The notes: generated by a model from the sequence alone, not told the origin. A stretch of DNA of 64,000 nucleotides from Oopsacas minuta (GCA_024704765.1 JAKMXF010000343.1:845151-909150); one strand, 5' to 3'; positions 22,924 to 37,345 are shown, numbered from the stretch's first letter. A program made the numbers and translations.

Positions 22924-25360
22924 TATTTCAAAAGGATGCTAGAAATTTGGTTTCACCAACAGGTAAGGGTAATTTAAGTATTATTTACCAATTGTTACAT
23001 TTTCAAAATCTGTATCTATCCTAATAATCATATTTAATTACTTTATGAGAAAAATTTGGAAAAAATAGGACTCAGATGCCCGAGCAGCTAACCAAGTCTG
23101 TCAGCTGGACATTATTGCTTATGAAAACATAGGAAGGCTATGGATATTCATTGTTACTAATCATATTTATTGATTTTCCCAATTGTAAACTATATAGCAT
23201 ATCCACAAAATTCTCTCTAACGGTCGGTAACGAAGTACTCTCAACCAATTTATGAGAGTAGCTTGCCTTGACAAAACTGTTTACGTTCATCAATTATCTT
23301 TCTACATATCAAATTATGAGAATTTTTCATTAAATAATGGAATATCAGGTTAAATGTAGAAAAAATAGGTCAAATCGGGATATTATAACTACTGACGGTA
23401 CTAGAGTCGGGATAATGTAACAAAATAGGGAGAATCTCGACAAAGTCTGCTGGATTGGGTGCTATGCTCTTATAACTTATTCAGTATTCAAATTCACAAG
23501 AGAATTATACAAGCAGGCTTTCATGCAGAAAATCGAGTAAGCTAGATAGCAACGTTGAACACTGACTAGGGATCCCTAGTCAGTGTGGAATTGACCATAC
23601 CCATAGATTAGTAGAAGGATAAATTATATTACGTTAAAATTAGAATACACCGTCTCAAATCCGAACAACACTGTCACAATTGTAATATTGCATGGGGAAT
23701 AGCAATTGCATAAACCAATACTATATGATATTTTCTCCAATATTCCGATTCCTCGCATCCTTCGTATATCCCGTCGTGTAGGAATCGAATTATCAAGTCA
23801 AAAATATATGCAATACAGAAAAATTAGAAGTGGACTATTCCCCATTTAATTTAGAGATAAATCGAGATAAGAAGTGGAGATGATATACAATAGTCGCGAA
23901 GTAGTCAGACTGTAGAGTAAATTAGGTTCTAAAATACGTACGGTGAATGTATAATTCAATATGTAGCAACCAATCAAACAGATACATAATGTTCGAGTGT
24001 GAATTGAGAAAAGACAAGTTCTGCAAAAGTAGGTGTGTCAAAATGTGAAGGTTGTTTGTTGGGACAATGAAGTCAATGTCTCAGGCAAAGCACATAAGTG
24101 CTCTATTAAAAGCGCTTAGAAGTCAAAAGAGGCACTTTGTTCTACTAATTCAAGCTATCCCAGTGCTCTAAGAAAAAGAAATACCTGGGTAGATGTATTA
24201 TCTGTTGCTTCGTAAATTATCTCTGGCTCAGCTCGAGTACTTCTAAAAGAAAAATATGCATGAAACAAAACATACGTGGTAGTAACAAAAGACAGCCTAC
24301 CTGGAAATTACTGAAGAATCACAAATATTGCTGCGGATATCATCTTCATACTGGAAATTTGAAAAATCCTACATGAGAAATCTTGAGTTATGCAATGAAG
24401 AACAATGTTTGATAACTATTATCAATTCATGACAAATTAAAAGTTGTAGACTCAAAGTTAAATAATAAAATCGTAAAATCGAAAACAAAATAATTTTAGC
24501 AGGAGGATAATTCGGAAAAGCTTTTGATAACAAATATGAAGAACATAAGTTTGTGTATCTAAATATAGAAGAGATTGACCTATGTAGGGCAGTCTTGAAA
24601 AGGCAAAAATATGAGCAGTTAATTTTATATTTTTACCGTATATACTCGATGACTACTGTGTTGAATATTTAATCAAATGTGTTAGATATTTCGCAGGATT
24701 GGTTCTCCCCCTTGCTATTCGATTTGACACCTATTGTCACTTTTTGACTGTCAAACTTATGTCTGTACTCTTGTAAAAGTATGAAAAAAGGACAATAAAT
24801 TTAGATCATTTGAAAGAGAATAATGTGAATTTCATAGTGCCTACGATGAATAAAGCCAATTTAAACAAAAGGAATTAATGGACTAAGCTGTCTGCACAGA
24901 TTGTAAATTTAGATATTTGCTAGCTACGCTCACAGTAATATTTCGAATTTTATACAATAATTTGTATTTGTATAATCTTGGATTTACCAATTATTGAATA
25001 TTTTGCTGCGTCATCACCATTCCACAATGAATATGTAATCATTATGGTTGGCAATGTGTCTGTCTAAACAGTACTACACTTAGTCAACTGAAACTCTGCA
25101 AGAACCATTCAATCTCATAGAAAAACGAATTATGAGCACCCCAGTATTCAGTAACGTAATTTTTGTGCGTGTGTGCAAACACCAGAATTAAAGGACAGCG
25201 TTTCAAAGAGCGGCGCTCCGATTTTGAGGGGCGGGACCAGGAGCGTGCGGCAATTATGATTCAGGAGCGAGGGATTTTGATACGATATCCTTGAAGTTCA
25301 TTGCGTAATGTACAAAATTACCATAGATGAGCACATTCACGTTGTACGGGAAGTTGGGTA

Positions 25361-25858
25361 CAGTGGAAGCCACTTGATCGGGACTCGGATAATCGGGATA
25401 TCCGCTTAAACGGGACAATGATTTGGGAACAGATTTTTACATAGAAAAATAACCGGATAATTGGGACATCAAATCGGTTAATCGGGATTTTTAATCCCGA
25501 TTAACCAAATATGAACATTATATTCGCTTAATTGGGATTCCATCCCAATTGAACGATTGCATATTTATTCAAAATCATTGTAATATGGTTTGTTATTAAA
25601 ACTAGGAATATTAATATTCTAAACCATAACAATACAACATCGATGCAAATGCAATACAAAAACTAAGATTATCAACTTTGCTCACTCCCTATACAACCAG
25701 GATTTAGTAGTAGTGTAATAAGATATGTCTGGTTATGTTCTGAGCCGTGAAAACTAGTTTTGAATACTTAAATATATTCTAATCGGTTAATTGGGACAAT
25801 CGATTAATCGGGACAAAACATTGACTCCTGAGCTGTCCCTATTAAACGGTTTCCACTG
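25361..25858. mobile_element. pogo/Tigger-like MITE, 498 bp
   Basis: 24-bp imperfect TIRs (CAGTGGAAGCCACTTGATCGGGAC / CAGTGGAAACCGTTTAATAGGGAC), TA flanks, repeated internal AAT(C/T)GGGA(C/T) motifs, no ORF. Confidence 0.8.
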
Positions 25859-27989
25859 TACTTACCACAAAATGCCTATTCTGATTTGATAATAATTTTC
25901 ATGAATATCGAGTCATAATTGTATATTAATAAAAATGTGTCATCCTTGCCCTCTACTCTAACTCGAGAAACAAATAACTTTTGTATTGCAATTTTCAAAA
26001 TTTAGTATAAAAGTAACTATAGATCATTTCTCATAATCACTTATACATAGATGAAAAGTATAATATTCAATGTTTGATTTGTATAGTTTAATAAATAAAT
26101 GCTTACTAAACACATATTTTGATAGATTCATGAAATTATTTAGCATAGAATAGTTTCAACATTTGTTGCTCCACAACTATGTAATACATTTATTAGGCGA
26201 AACTACTTAGCAGTATCGGATAACGTATCCTTACTCTAAAATCGATAAGTCACTGTTAGGCCTTACGTATGGTAGGCTGTTTATAATTCCTCATATAATA
26301 TCTTATCCAACTATATAATACACAAGAGGGCCGCTGGGGCAGGTAGGTCAGGTGCGGCGCTCGCCTCACTAAGAAGTATCAATTCCATTGATACAGATGA
26401 TGAAATCTGAGAATTAAGTACCGAACATTACTCCAAGCTAAAGCTAGAATTTTTAGTTTCAACGACGCTGCACTATGAATTTGCTTGTCTCGGGGAATCC
26501 CTAGAAATATAAAATGTAACTAGCAAAAGAATAATACAAGTTTGAGTAGCGGTTAGTTAACATGTTTAATATTGTCGCCAGTGGAGTGTGGTCTAAAAGG
26601 GTGGGTCCATATTAGGAAAACTTTTCCTAAGAAACACTGCTAAAAACAGCCTCAAAAGAAATAGCCATCAATTGAACCCCTTGATCGGCTCAAAAGATTC
26701 ACTTGTTTTCGGAACGACAAGGTATCCTCATCTGGGTTTTTGGAAATTGTCATTTCAATTATTGCTATGATTTGCAATTTTTCAAATTTTTACCTTAGAG
26801 CTTCAGGAATTGATATTTACCTTCATATACTCATTCAATGATAATTCTTGCGTCAAGTATGCGTTAACTGCTACATTTCTGAATTTTTCCACAAGTGATT
26901 GGTCCAACGGTATTCAACTATTGGGGATTTTAAAGTCAGCACAAACATAAATCGTCCTAATTCTTCTAACCAGCTATATCTCGAAATCACAGCTTCTAAT
27001 TGTTGCAATTCCAATATTTTAAATTATATCACATATAAAGTTCCAGATTTATGATTCATTTTCGGTAATTGCATTAAGCTAAAAGTATTTCTATGAGTAT
27101 CTTTTAACTAATAAAATTCATGTTGCGTAATACATAATGAATTGATAATGATAACACTATACAGTTGAACTTGGATATATATACTTCGGTTAATACGTAT
27201 AATTTACTAATTCCCAACGGGTACGTCTTATCCGGGTTCCAAAGTAATATTGAAGATTCACCAAAGGAATTTCAATATCAGTGAAATATTTATTAAAGTG
27301 ATGTACTCATTCATTAATTCAATGTAAATAATAAGATTTCATGAAATGAAAATGTATAGGTACTCTTCCATAATTTCAAATTCATTGAAGAGAATAATAA
27401 ACGTGTAAATAGGAAACTAAATAACTTATCAGTATCATACAGTGGAATAAATAAGATGATAAACCATTATCTTAGATACAAACTAAAAAATATCATAAGA
27501 TAGCAATATTGATATATTCAAGCAACCTAGGTAAGTCACTTAAGATATTAAATCTTAGTGAGTAACATAATTAGTGAATAACACTTAAGTTCGAAATTAA
27601 TACTTAAATATTAAATCGAAATTAACCTCTGAGTGAATACGGCGGATCTAGATAGAATATTTTTCATTTTATGGATATGATAGAGGTACCAATTTTCGAA
27701 AAAGAATAGTTAAAAGATAAGCTAAGAAAATTGGAACATGTCAAAAATAGTTCGGACATGCCCTATACACGATTCGCTAAGCAAAGAATTGCCAACTTAA
27801 TATCAGGCCATTGATTACACTGGTCAACACGTAATTTGGTGCCTTTGGAGTTTGACTTTTTAGGTATATTTTGTACGTATATGAGAAATATTGCCCTCAG
27901 TTTTGATCAATCAGCTCATATTTTTGAAATATATCCGCGATTGACTTAAACTAATTAATTACTATAATATATACACATACGAATATATA

Positions 27990-29361
27990 CAGTGCGTTCG
28001 GAAATTATTGGCAGTAAATACTATTTTCATTATCCTTTATAAATATTCAAAACAACCTTATTTACGACGTCTAAGTTATAGCAACATATAATATACTCGA
28101 AATATAATGTATAGATCCACTGACATTCTAATTTTCTGCCTTATCTATCCCAAATGATCTTTGACATTAAATATGTGCTTATTATTTTTGTTCACACATT
28201 TTAGACCCATATTTTCCGACTTTCACTAACAATATTTTTCCGCAATTTTGGTATGAAGGCTCAGGAAAAGAATAGAATCAGGATAAAGGAACTCTTTGAT
28301 GCTGGGATAACAAAAGCGACTGAAATATCGAGACGACTAGCTATACCAGAGCGGACAGTATATCGTGTTTTGAAGTCTATTTCTGACAAAAAGAGCTTGA
28401 CTCATAAGAAAGGAGCAGGTCGACCTCAAATATTGCACAAGTCTGATAGGAATAGGATTATGGCACTCGTTCAACACAATCCAAGGATCACTCTGAATGA
28501 ATGTCGAGCAAAATTGAGTACTCCAGTTGCCAAAAGCACACTATCAGAGGAAATGAAGAGGAGAGGCTTACAATATCGCCAGGCAGTAAGAATTCCAGCC
28601 TTGTCACAACTCCATATTACTAAACGAATGGAATGGTGTAAACGAATGAGGGGTCAGAACTGGTCTAAAGTGTTCTTTACTGATGAATGCTCCATATGGA
28701 TGAATTCAGGCAAGATACATGTATGGACAAAGAAAGGACAGCCCATTAACCTGCCAACTTTCAAACATCCATCGAAGCTCCATATTTGGGGTGGTATTTC
28801 GGTAATGGGCAAAACAAACCTCAAAGTTTTCACCGAAAACTTCAACCAGGAACGATACAAAACAGTTCTAAATGAGTGTCTTATACAAGAAGCTAATGCT
28901 TTATACGGAAATAAATGGGTATTGCAGGAAGATAACAGTCCTATACATACAGGAAATGCAGCAAAGGCTTGGAAACAGGAATTTGTCCCACATCAGATCG
29001 ACTGGCCCTCCAATAGCCCCGATCTGAACCCAATTGAAAATCTTTGGGCTGTACTAAAGAAGAGACTCCTCAAAAAGAGATTTACTAGCTCAAATGAGTT
29101 GAAAGAAGCTATTTTGGAGATATGGAACACATTTGACCCTGAATTTTTAAAGCCATTTTGTCTATCAATGGACAAAAGAATTCGGTTATGCATCAAAGGT
29201 GGAGGTAAGAAGATAAATTATTAGCTATATGTTAGTTACTCATGTATATTCTATTTGAGAGAGTACCGAATTATTAGAAATCATATGATTTTGATCATTC
29301 TTAACATAGATATTGCATGGAACCAAATCAAATTCACTGCCAATAATTTCCGAACGCACTG
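27990..29361 (+). mobile_element. Full-length Tc1 element, apparently autonomous
   Basis: Perfect 26-bp TIR CAGTGCGTTCGGAAATTATTGGCAGT, TA at 27988-27989 and 29362-29363, 1372 bp. Confidence 0.97.
28253..29224 (+). CDS. Tc1 transposase, intact, DD34E, 323 aa
   Basis: Uninterrupted ORF: HTH, GAGRP linker, VFFTDECS, LQEDNSPIH, WPSNSPDLNPIENLW, with 34 residues between the second D and E. Confidence 0.96.
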   Translation: MKAQEKNRIRIKELFDAGITKATEISRRLAIPERTVYRVLKSISDKKSLTHKKGAGRPQILHKSDRNRIMALVQHNPRITLNECRAKLSTPVAKSTLSEEMKRRGLQYRQAVRIPALSQLHITKRMEWCKRMRGQNWSKVFFTDECSIWMNSGKIHVWTKKGQPINLPTFKHPSKLHIWGGISVMGKTNLKVFTENFNQERYKTVLNECLIQEANALYGNKWVLQEDNSPIHTGNAAKAWKQEFVPHQIDWPSNSPDLNPIENLWAVLKKRLLKKRFTSSNELKEAILEIWNTFDPEFLKPFCLSMDKRIRLCIKGGGKKINY

Positions 29362-29445
29362 TACGTTAAGAATTTTTACCATTGGCATAAACGTTATCAA
29401 AAGAGTAATAATGTATACAGAAAATTCCATGAAGAGTAGAAACAA

Positions 29446-30992
29446 TCAATCAACGTCTAAAAAGCGCCTTTTCCGGGATACCCTTGAGTGAGATTTGCCT
29501 GGACAATCTCGCTGAAGACTCCATGAGTAATCCCCCATCATGTGAATATCCCACCTTCCCTGGTACCTTTCTTGCATTACCCTGCTGTCTTGATGGATCC
29601 TTTCTCCTTGTTCTTCACTTAGGTCACCAAAGTTTTCAGAGAAATGATCTAAATGGTTATGGAGGTAATGAACCTTGATGCTCATCTTACAGCCAAGATT
29701 ATTGAATTTCGAGAGCATGTTGCCTACTAATTCAGCATAATTTTCTGCTTTGTAGTTGCTCAAAAAATTTTGTGTAACTAATACAAATGTGGACCAAGCT
29801 CCAGATTCAGTGTCATTCATGGAAGTAATAAAACATGTGCCTTTAATGAGCTTTCTGATCTTGGGGCCATCAAATATTTTAGCTTTGAGCTTTTCGGTGC
29901 TAAGTTCAGGAAATGAACTGCATTGATAAGGGAAGCAGGACCATCTTTATTCAGAGCTTTAACGAATTGTTTCATGAGGCCAAGTTTGTTATGCAGTGGT
30001 GGAAGAATGATCTTTTCCCTGTTTGTAATCAGAGGTTTGTTAATTATGTTCATTTCTCCCACTACAATATTCTTCCCAAGGGCCAATCTTTTCTCGTCCA
30101 GTGGTCAGTTCTTGCTCGACTATCCCAAAGACAAAGGAAGCATGGATATTTTGTGTAGTCACAATGCTGCCAAGGAGGAAATTAACCATCTTTAAGTCAA
30201 CACAAATTACCCGTTGATGACCTGGATATTTCAGTTTCTCCAAAACCAGTTTGATTGACTCATACTCCTCCTTCATACTGATTGAGTGACCAATTGGAAT
30301 GGACGCATATTTGTTCCCATTATGGAGCAAAACACATTTCAAACTCCTAGTAGAACTGTCTGATAAAAAGGCGCCATTCATTTGGCCTGTATTCTGGTAC
30401 CCCCATTTCTCCTAAAAGACTGCTCTCTGTTACGATAATATGTAATCTTGGTTCCAGGATGAAGTAAATTTTTGTTATTCAACCTGGATGCCAGTACTTC
30501 AGAGGATCCTTTCAAGAGGTCGAGATCCCTGATCAGATCATTCAGCTTCATGAAGAATGTCTGAATCATTTACATGAAGGTTCGAAGCAGGAATGGGCAC
30601 CTGATCTGAGTGTGGAACAGGTCGTCTCGCTGACTCTGGGTCAGGATATGTCCAATTACTCTTATTCTTACAATTGATGCCCTTGAAGTTGACAATACAG
30701 GAGTAACAATCATCATAATGGGTTTTGGCTCCCTCCAAACCATTGGTATACCGAACTTCAGACTTCTCCTCTTACAAACTGTCCATTGCAGCAGATGCTC
30801 CGTACAAGCTTTACATACTATGGGCTGTGCCCATAATTTATCTTGTTCTCCAAGCCTGACTCCAAAATAAGAAAGATATGCCTTTTTAACAAAGTCAGAA
30901 ATAGGTTTTCGCTGTTTTCTTATAGTATGGCTACCAAAAATATAGCAGAATACATTTGGGTTATTCAAGCAACTTCTTCGTGACGAAGCCAT
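29446..30992 (-). pseudogene. Chapaev3-like transposase pseudogene
   Basis: MASSRRSCLNNPNVFCYI.., GIPMVWREP, LNDLIRDLDL, LKCVLLHNGN, ICVDLKMVNFLLG, PPLHNKLGL, LSEEQGERIHQD. Confidence 0.88.
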
Positions 30993-33900
30993 GTAATACA
31001 ACAATAACTACTTAGTATTTGAAATGGAATCAATATTATATGATAACAATTATATCCAAAAATTAGGCCTGCATGATATCGTTCTAGAATAAAAGAAAGA
31101 TGCAATATTTCAAGACTTAAGTTAGGCACAAAATAGATTTGATTTACTAAAGAAACATGATTGAATTAGGATAATATCCCTAATTACGCCCACATTAATG
31201 GCGAATCAGTATTTAAGGAAATATATCCAAACTCAAAAACAAGAGCTGATGGAGGAAATCCAATGGCAGTATTGAAGTCAGCAAATCAAGTATACTCTAA
31301 AAATAGGGCTAAATTCTGAGGCACCAAAAATGTGTTTCATTTCTGTTGGGCTGTGTTATATTCTCTATGATCATGAAGAATTGAAATTATTAGTATAAAT
31401 TCTACCATAAATAGGTTTACATATAAGGTGAAGACTTCTAGAATACTTTGGAACCTGCATTTCAGGTTATGTTACCCACAATGACGAAATCAAAGTTTTC
31501 ATGTGCTAAATTTTGAAATCCTGAAAATATTCCTCAGCATCAAAATATCTTCTACTGATTTTATGTTAGTTTAAGTAACCAAAAGATGATCTTCATTTTC
31601 ATAAACACTCGTTAAATATTCATATTCAATGATATTCACTCTGAAAACAACGTTAAAAAGTCAACCCTAGAAAATAGAAGAAATTCGATATAAACATGTA
31701 CGGATTACCAACTATGTGATAATTGTTAACCATTTTATAAGTTTATTTAAGACAGTCTTTCTAATGTGTTTGTGCCAAGTTAACATGAATCACGTTACAT
31801 TTCATGAGATGTGGTTTTTCGACAATATTGGTATTTATAAGTAAATCATTACCATAATTGAAGGTGAATTTGATTGCTTCATTGTCGTTAAATAACCTGA
31901 AGAGCCGGTTCAAAAATATTCTAGATGTCTCCGTTGTATGTGGAATCCTATTCATAGTAGAATTTGTAATAATAACTGCAATTCTTCGTGATCAAAGAGA
32001 ATATAATCAATGGCCTGGATATTAAGTTGGAAATTCTTTGCTTAGCGAATCGTGTATACAGTAGGCCAGGGTTCGGATTTATGGTTGAAGGCATGCTTGT
32101 TAAATATTATGTAATACATAAATCTGGATAAAATGCATAGATTCTGTAATATAGGTGATACAATTTAACTAGTCGGACTGACGACATATCCTTTGCCTAT
32201 TAGTCTGAACCTATGTCATCGCTAAATAAACATAGTATACCATACGATTAATATGTGAGGGAAAAAGTTAAAGAAAAATATTGCATATGCAATATAAAAT
32301 ACTCACGAATCTTTCATCTTGTTCATTAACAATTTCATTGTCATCCTCACTAATCTCTTGGTCCGAATCTGGGGCGTAAGCAGGTCTAAAATAATAAGTA
32401 AATGGAAAATGTAAGCCCTATATAGATAAAAATAGCATAGTATCCAGAATATTGATAAGATAAAAGGTAAAATCAACAATAGATAAATTTGATATTTCTC
32501 CGAGTATGCATACCCTTTAAATACGTAATATAAGGACTGGAAACGACAATAATTTTCAGGAACAGGGATAGATTATAATTTAGGAAACATACTAAAGCTA
32601 TCATCAAGTATTGCGAAGATGATGTAATGAATTACACATTGCAAATATAGAAACTATCATGCAATCGCCTAATATGCTGATAAAATGGGAAAATGCTCTA
32701 ACTTTGAAACATCATACCCAAGGCTGATTTTTGACTTCGATTTTCGAGTGCAATTGGGAGACATTGAATCATTTGTGTACAAAATATAAATAAATTGTGA
32801 TTATAAAGTTAGCTAGTTGTTGAGTTAATGCTGAGACCTTGGATTGAATTGTTTGTAAATTCACCTATAAATCGAGAACTGTTACAATTATGGAAAAATC
32901 AAAATAGAAAATATATAGTATATACCCAGCGCGCAATACTTTAACTTTTAGCATATTCTAGCATATTTGCTGAAATACTAGCATAATTCGTATTATTTTT
33001 GGTATAATTCTAGCACAATTATTTTGTCAATTAGGCATAATTTATAATCTTTCATCTGGCAACACCTACTCGTTTACATGGAGATAAACGATATTATATA
33101 AGCCAAGTAGGAAGTAGTTGTCTCAAACTATAACATGTATCCATTTGCGCAATCAACCGACTTCACACTGTATAGAATATCGTTATTCTAATGTGAAAGA
33201 CATATATTGCAAGACAACAATTTCTAATCATTTAGCATAATATTTGGGCTAGTTACGTGCAAGAATATCAACAATACGATAAATGAACCAATTTATAGCT
33301 ACTTACTATTAACATAACAACGATAACATCATATAATTATGTTAATTATGTAAGAAATATGAAGTAAATAGTTGTCCCTATGGATGTCAATCTAATAAAA
33401 TTGTCGCTTTTAAAGATTATTTAGAGGCTCGATATGTGCATAACCATACAACTTGCCTAGCGGACTAAGCACATCATATTACATCTTTGTACACAATTTG
33501 TGGAGATTATCCCCTGGTACGGTTTCTGCGGTTATAGCCCTGACTATAATTAGTTACATAATGGACTGAATAACTCCATGGACAGTCAACTCGCATTTGC
33601 ACCATCTCAAGTAGGTCAGTGTTGCATTATGATATACCGTAAACTATTAGTTCTATTGGTGGTAATATATTCTTGTTGAATAGAAAGTCATGTATGTACA
33701 ATCCATTGGCCATATTGGCATACTTGTAATGTTTGTGGTTTGAGAGTTTTCGCGGTTTCAACACTTTTTCATGTCCATATAGTAATAATTCCAATTATTC
33801 TGAAACAGTTAAAGTAGATATGAAATATATATCAAGATTAAATGGTAGTTGAACATGGGGATCCGGGAGTCAATTGGCCGTATTGGCTCAAACATATCAG

Positions 33901-36871
33901 TACTATAAGGTAATGGTACTAATTGATGCACTAGGACCGGAACATGATAAGTATATTGGACACTTTGGCTCGAATATACATGTAAAACTAATTTTAAGCG
34001 AAATGACGTTATCCGATCGTTATTTGGCAAATTAGTAAACAAATCGCACCTAATAATTGACTATACATAAAGTGTTTAAAATTCTGTCAAGAGTCAATAA
34101 ATACACTATTACCCCCAATAATAGCTCTCCCACCGAAAGTGCATGTGCACTAATTTATGTTAATCTGACGCCTAGATTTCGCAACGCTACAGGGACGGAC
34201 GGACTTCGCACATCATCGATGCCATTAGGTAATCTCCCTAAGGAGGTGCACTAAAAAATTTTTCACAATGATGTGTTTGGTAATTAGTTTCTAAGTTTAC
34301 ACCAGCTACGCTCACTCCTTATCCACCTTAGATTAAATACAACCTACGCCCTTGAAGGGTCTTACAGAGATGAATATTCAAAACAAATGTAACCAATAGT
34401 ATGTACTCCGTCAAAAAAATATAATCGTGCGTCACAATGTACATTGGATAATATGTGAACGAGTTGCACTTCGTGGCAATGATTGGTAATTATAAACGAA
34501 AAGGAGATATCAGAAGTGAAATATTCTGCAATGGACATTTCTAATATATAGAATCCAAATCTGAATCAAAAGTAAAATATCTCATATTAATTGAACTCAT
34601 TAATGTTAAATATTTAAATTAGGTCATTAGAGTTTTCAATGGATATATTCAGGTAAACAAATACTTTTGGTAGGGGAGGGCATGAAATTTAGGGTGAAGA
34701 GAAAAACATCAGTTATTTCGGATCATGCTCGGTATTAGAAATGTTGTTTGACATATTGAGATGTGGCTAGATGTCAAAAATGATATCTTTTGGGGGAGAA
34801 TCTGAGATCTCGGAACAATTTTGATATTTCCTATGGAAAATGAATTCATATATTTTGCCTAGCCACTTCTTCAAAGAAAAAATCAAATTTTGCTTCTTAT
34901 TGCGTTATTCTTATCCAAAGTAAATTATGGCTGAAAAACTGACAATTTTCTAAAGCAACCTTTCAATAGCAACTGATGACACAGTTTTAAGTTTTTGGAA
35001 AAGCTCAAAAATGGACTTAAGATAAAATCTTACCGCTGAAGAAGAATAAAGCACTATCAAGAATATCTGACTATTTCCTTAACGAGGTACAATATACAAA
35101 ATATACTAATTCATTCCCAAATTAAATGTCAACATTCTTGGGGACGTCAGATTATGGCTCAATTGATTTGAATTTTGACCTCTAACCACATCTAAACAAG
35201 TGAAACAAGTGAAACAACATGTCCAAAATCGGGAATAATGTGGAAGAAATAATTCTTTAACGCCAACCTAATAAGTATGGATAGGTATCACGCTACAACC
35301 AATCAAAAGTGGTACAAAAAAAAACAGCTATGAACCCATTACAGAAATGGTACAAATTCTTAGTAAAAGAATATCTGAGGGATATCATTGAAACTGATTT
35401 TGCAATAATGAAGACAGGAATCATAGTTTAGGGGATCACGATGGGCTTTAACAAGCTAACACAAAATTAGAAGGGTCAGATTGTATAACTATATTTGGTA
35501 TATTGAATTGTCATTATTTATAAATGTTAGTTACACTTTAAATAAGCACTAAATTTTTCGGAATAAAAAGTGATAGAAGTTTGATTATAGATACATTTTG
35601 TTGTGAATAAAATCATAAGTGATTGGTTTAACAATCCTAGAAAAATGATGATATCATTTGATTGAGTTTAGTAGAAAGAATTTCATAAAGATTTTGATGT
35701 AAACTCAAAATCAATGATTCATGTCATGCTCTGCTGATTCGGTAATTAACTAGACATTCACAATTAACTAGGGTAGTGGTTTCTTTGCTACTAACTAATC
35801 CATTTTGGATTTGTGAATTTGAAATGAAATATTGAACTATGGGGTCATAATAAAAAGTTACTAGTGTTTCAAGAATAGATTATTGTTGTTGGTACGATTC
35901 AATTAATCATGTGCAAATATAATTGAAATTTTCAGAAAGTAACTTGCACAACTTTAGGAAGAAGTATAATAGCTTACGAATAATTACGATAAATGGACAA
36001 ACAAAATTCAAACCAATTATAAATTAAGATAACATGAGTATACAGAAATGAATAGTTTATTGTTGAATATCACGATTCCATTAACCAAGGGTGAATATCC
36101 TATTGAATCAACCCTCCAGAAAGTTTTATTCATTAATTCTAAATCAGTGTTACCGAGATACAGATTATGTGATTATTAATAATAATACATACGAACCGAG
36201 AAGGTATCTACTGTAACTCAATAACTAGCCAACTTGTGTATTACTAATGATTGAAATTTTGTGAAAATCTAGAGATCATTTCATATATCACCTGTTTAAT
36301 GAAAGACACAATATTTTACAAGAGATCAAAAAATGACATAATTTACCAAATAAATACTTACCAGTCACATATTCTGGAACGTTCCTACATTTTTAGAACA
36401 TAATGGATAATTTGTTGCTCTACAAACATGCAAAACATTTATTCGTGCAAAAGTGCCAGTTCCTGCAATATTGAACTTACATAGAATATGCTCTATTGGT
36501 TAAAGTCCAGAGTCAAGTAGTTACTGTTAGGCCTAATGTATAGTAGGCTATGGACAAGGTTATTTCAGTATATGTTGATTATTAGATTCCTTTCAGGAAT
36601 TTAAAGTGACTTGTAACTTGGTTTATAATAAGAGATTTCCTCATAGTAAGCCACCTCAAATGACGAACTTTGGGTATGATTATTAACTGTACAAATATTT
36701 CAGTGGAGAATTCAAATCAGTGATAATACACACTGATATTTTTAATACAACACAAGGATTTGGAGAAAAGTTACAGTAAAGTGAATACCATATGAGCATA
36801 CGTAAATGATATTGTTTAGACATGATTACTCACGAAATTTCGGTCTTGGTCAGTGGTCAACTAAACTATTT

Positions 36872-37345
36872 CTACACTTTCCCCATTGTGACATCTAGAT
36901 TACAACAATTTTTCCTTTTCATACATGCACATCTCACCTTATGACAATTCTTGAATTCACATGTGTATTGCAAAAGCGAAGCATCATGAATTGCTTTAGC
37001 GTATAAAATGCTTGTTTCAGGCATATCATTTAATTTTTGCAGACGTGTTATCGAATTGATACCTGGAGGATGGAGCATGATTTTTCCTCGATTAGGAACA
37101 ATTGTACATAATTCATCTTGCTATAGAGCGATGACTCCCACCATATTCATGCTACCCAATGTTTCCATTACATCTGGTTTCGATATGGGCAAAATCAAAT
37201 TGTCCCCCACATTTCCTGACGGTAGTTTCTTTGCGCTAGACTTAAGCATTCGGGATAGCACCTGCTCTTGCTTTAGTTTAATGTTAATCCTTGTACGTTC
37301 CACACTCTTTAGAGAAGGGGTTTTAACCAGTGAGTCGCCAGCCAC
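36872..37345 (-). pseudogene. C-terminal fragment of a Ginger-like (KRBA2/SCAND3-type) integrase-family transposase
   Basis: RMLKSS..LPSGNVGDNLILPI..D..G..N..GVI and a Cys-rich tail (C..KNC..VRCACMK..CCN) match the recalled C-terminus of this family. No termini found. Confidence 0.5.

Larger units (their letters stand above)
27818..31355 (-). mobile_element. Chapaev3-like element, family 2, containing a Tc1
   Basis: CAC...GTG termini, TSD TTA (27815-27817, 31356-31358), imperfect TIR blocks (TTTGGTGCCT; ATCAGCTC.T.TTTTTGA). Removing the element restores the host MITE arm. Confidence 0.85.
27768..32054. mobile_element. Non-autonomous element with about 190-bp TIRs (about 746 bp when reconstructed), split by the Chapaev3 insertion
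   Basis: Left arm 27768-27817 plus 31356 to about 31495 is the inverse of about 31870-32054 (CACGATTCGCTAAGCAAAGAATT.CCAACTTAATATC.AGGCCATTGA|TTATATTCTCT.TGATCA.GAAGAATTG); TA flanks. Confidence 0.8.

Noticed and set aside
23300-24700. Possible P-element/THAP9-like remnant (KCEGC, YCCGY-like words)
   Set aside because: Only isolated short motifs in stop-ridden frames; no termini or catalytic motifs could be supported.
27160-27245. Tigger-like left ends here and at about 47060-47150
   Set aside because: They start TA-CAGT like pogo termini, but no partner TIR or TSD was found, so boundaries cannot be supported.
32100-36800. Long AT-rich interval
   Set aside because: No ORF with recognisable motifs, no paired TIR/TSD and no RNA gene could be supported by eye; left unannotated.
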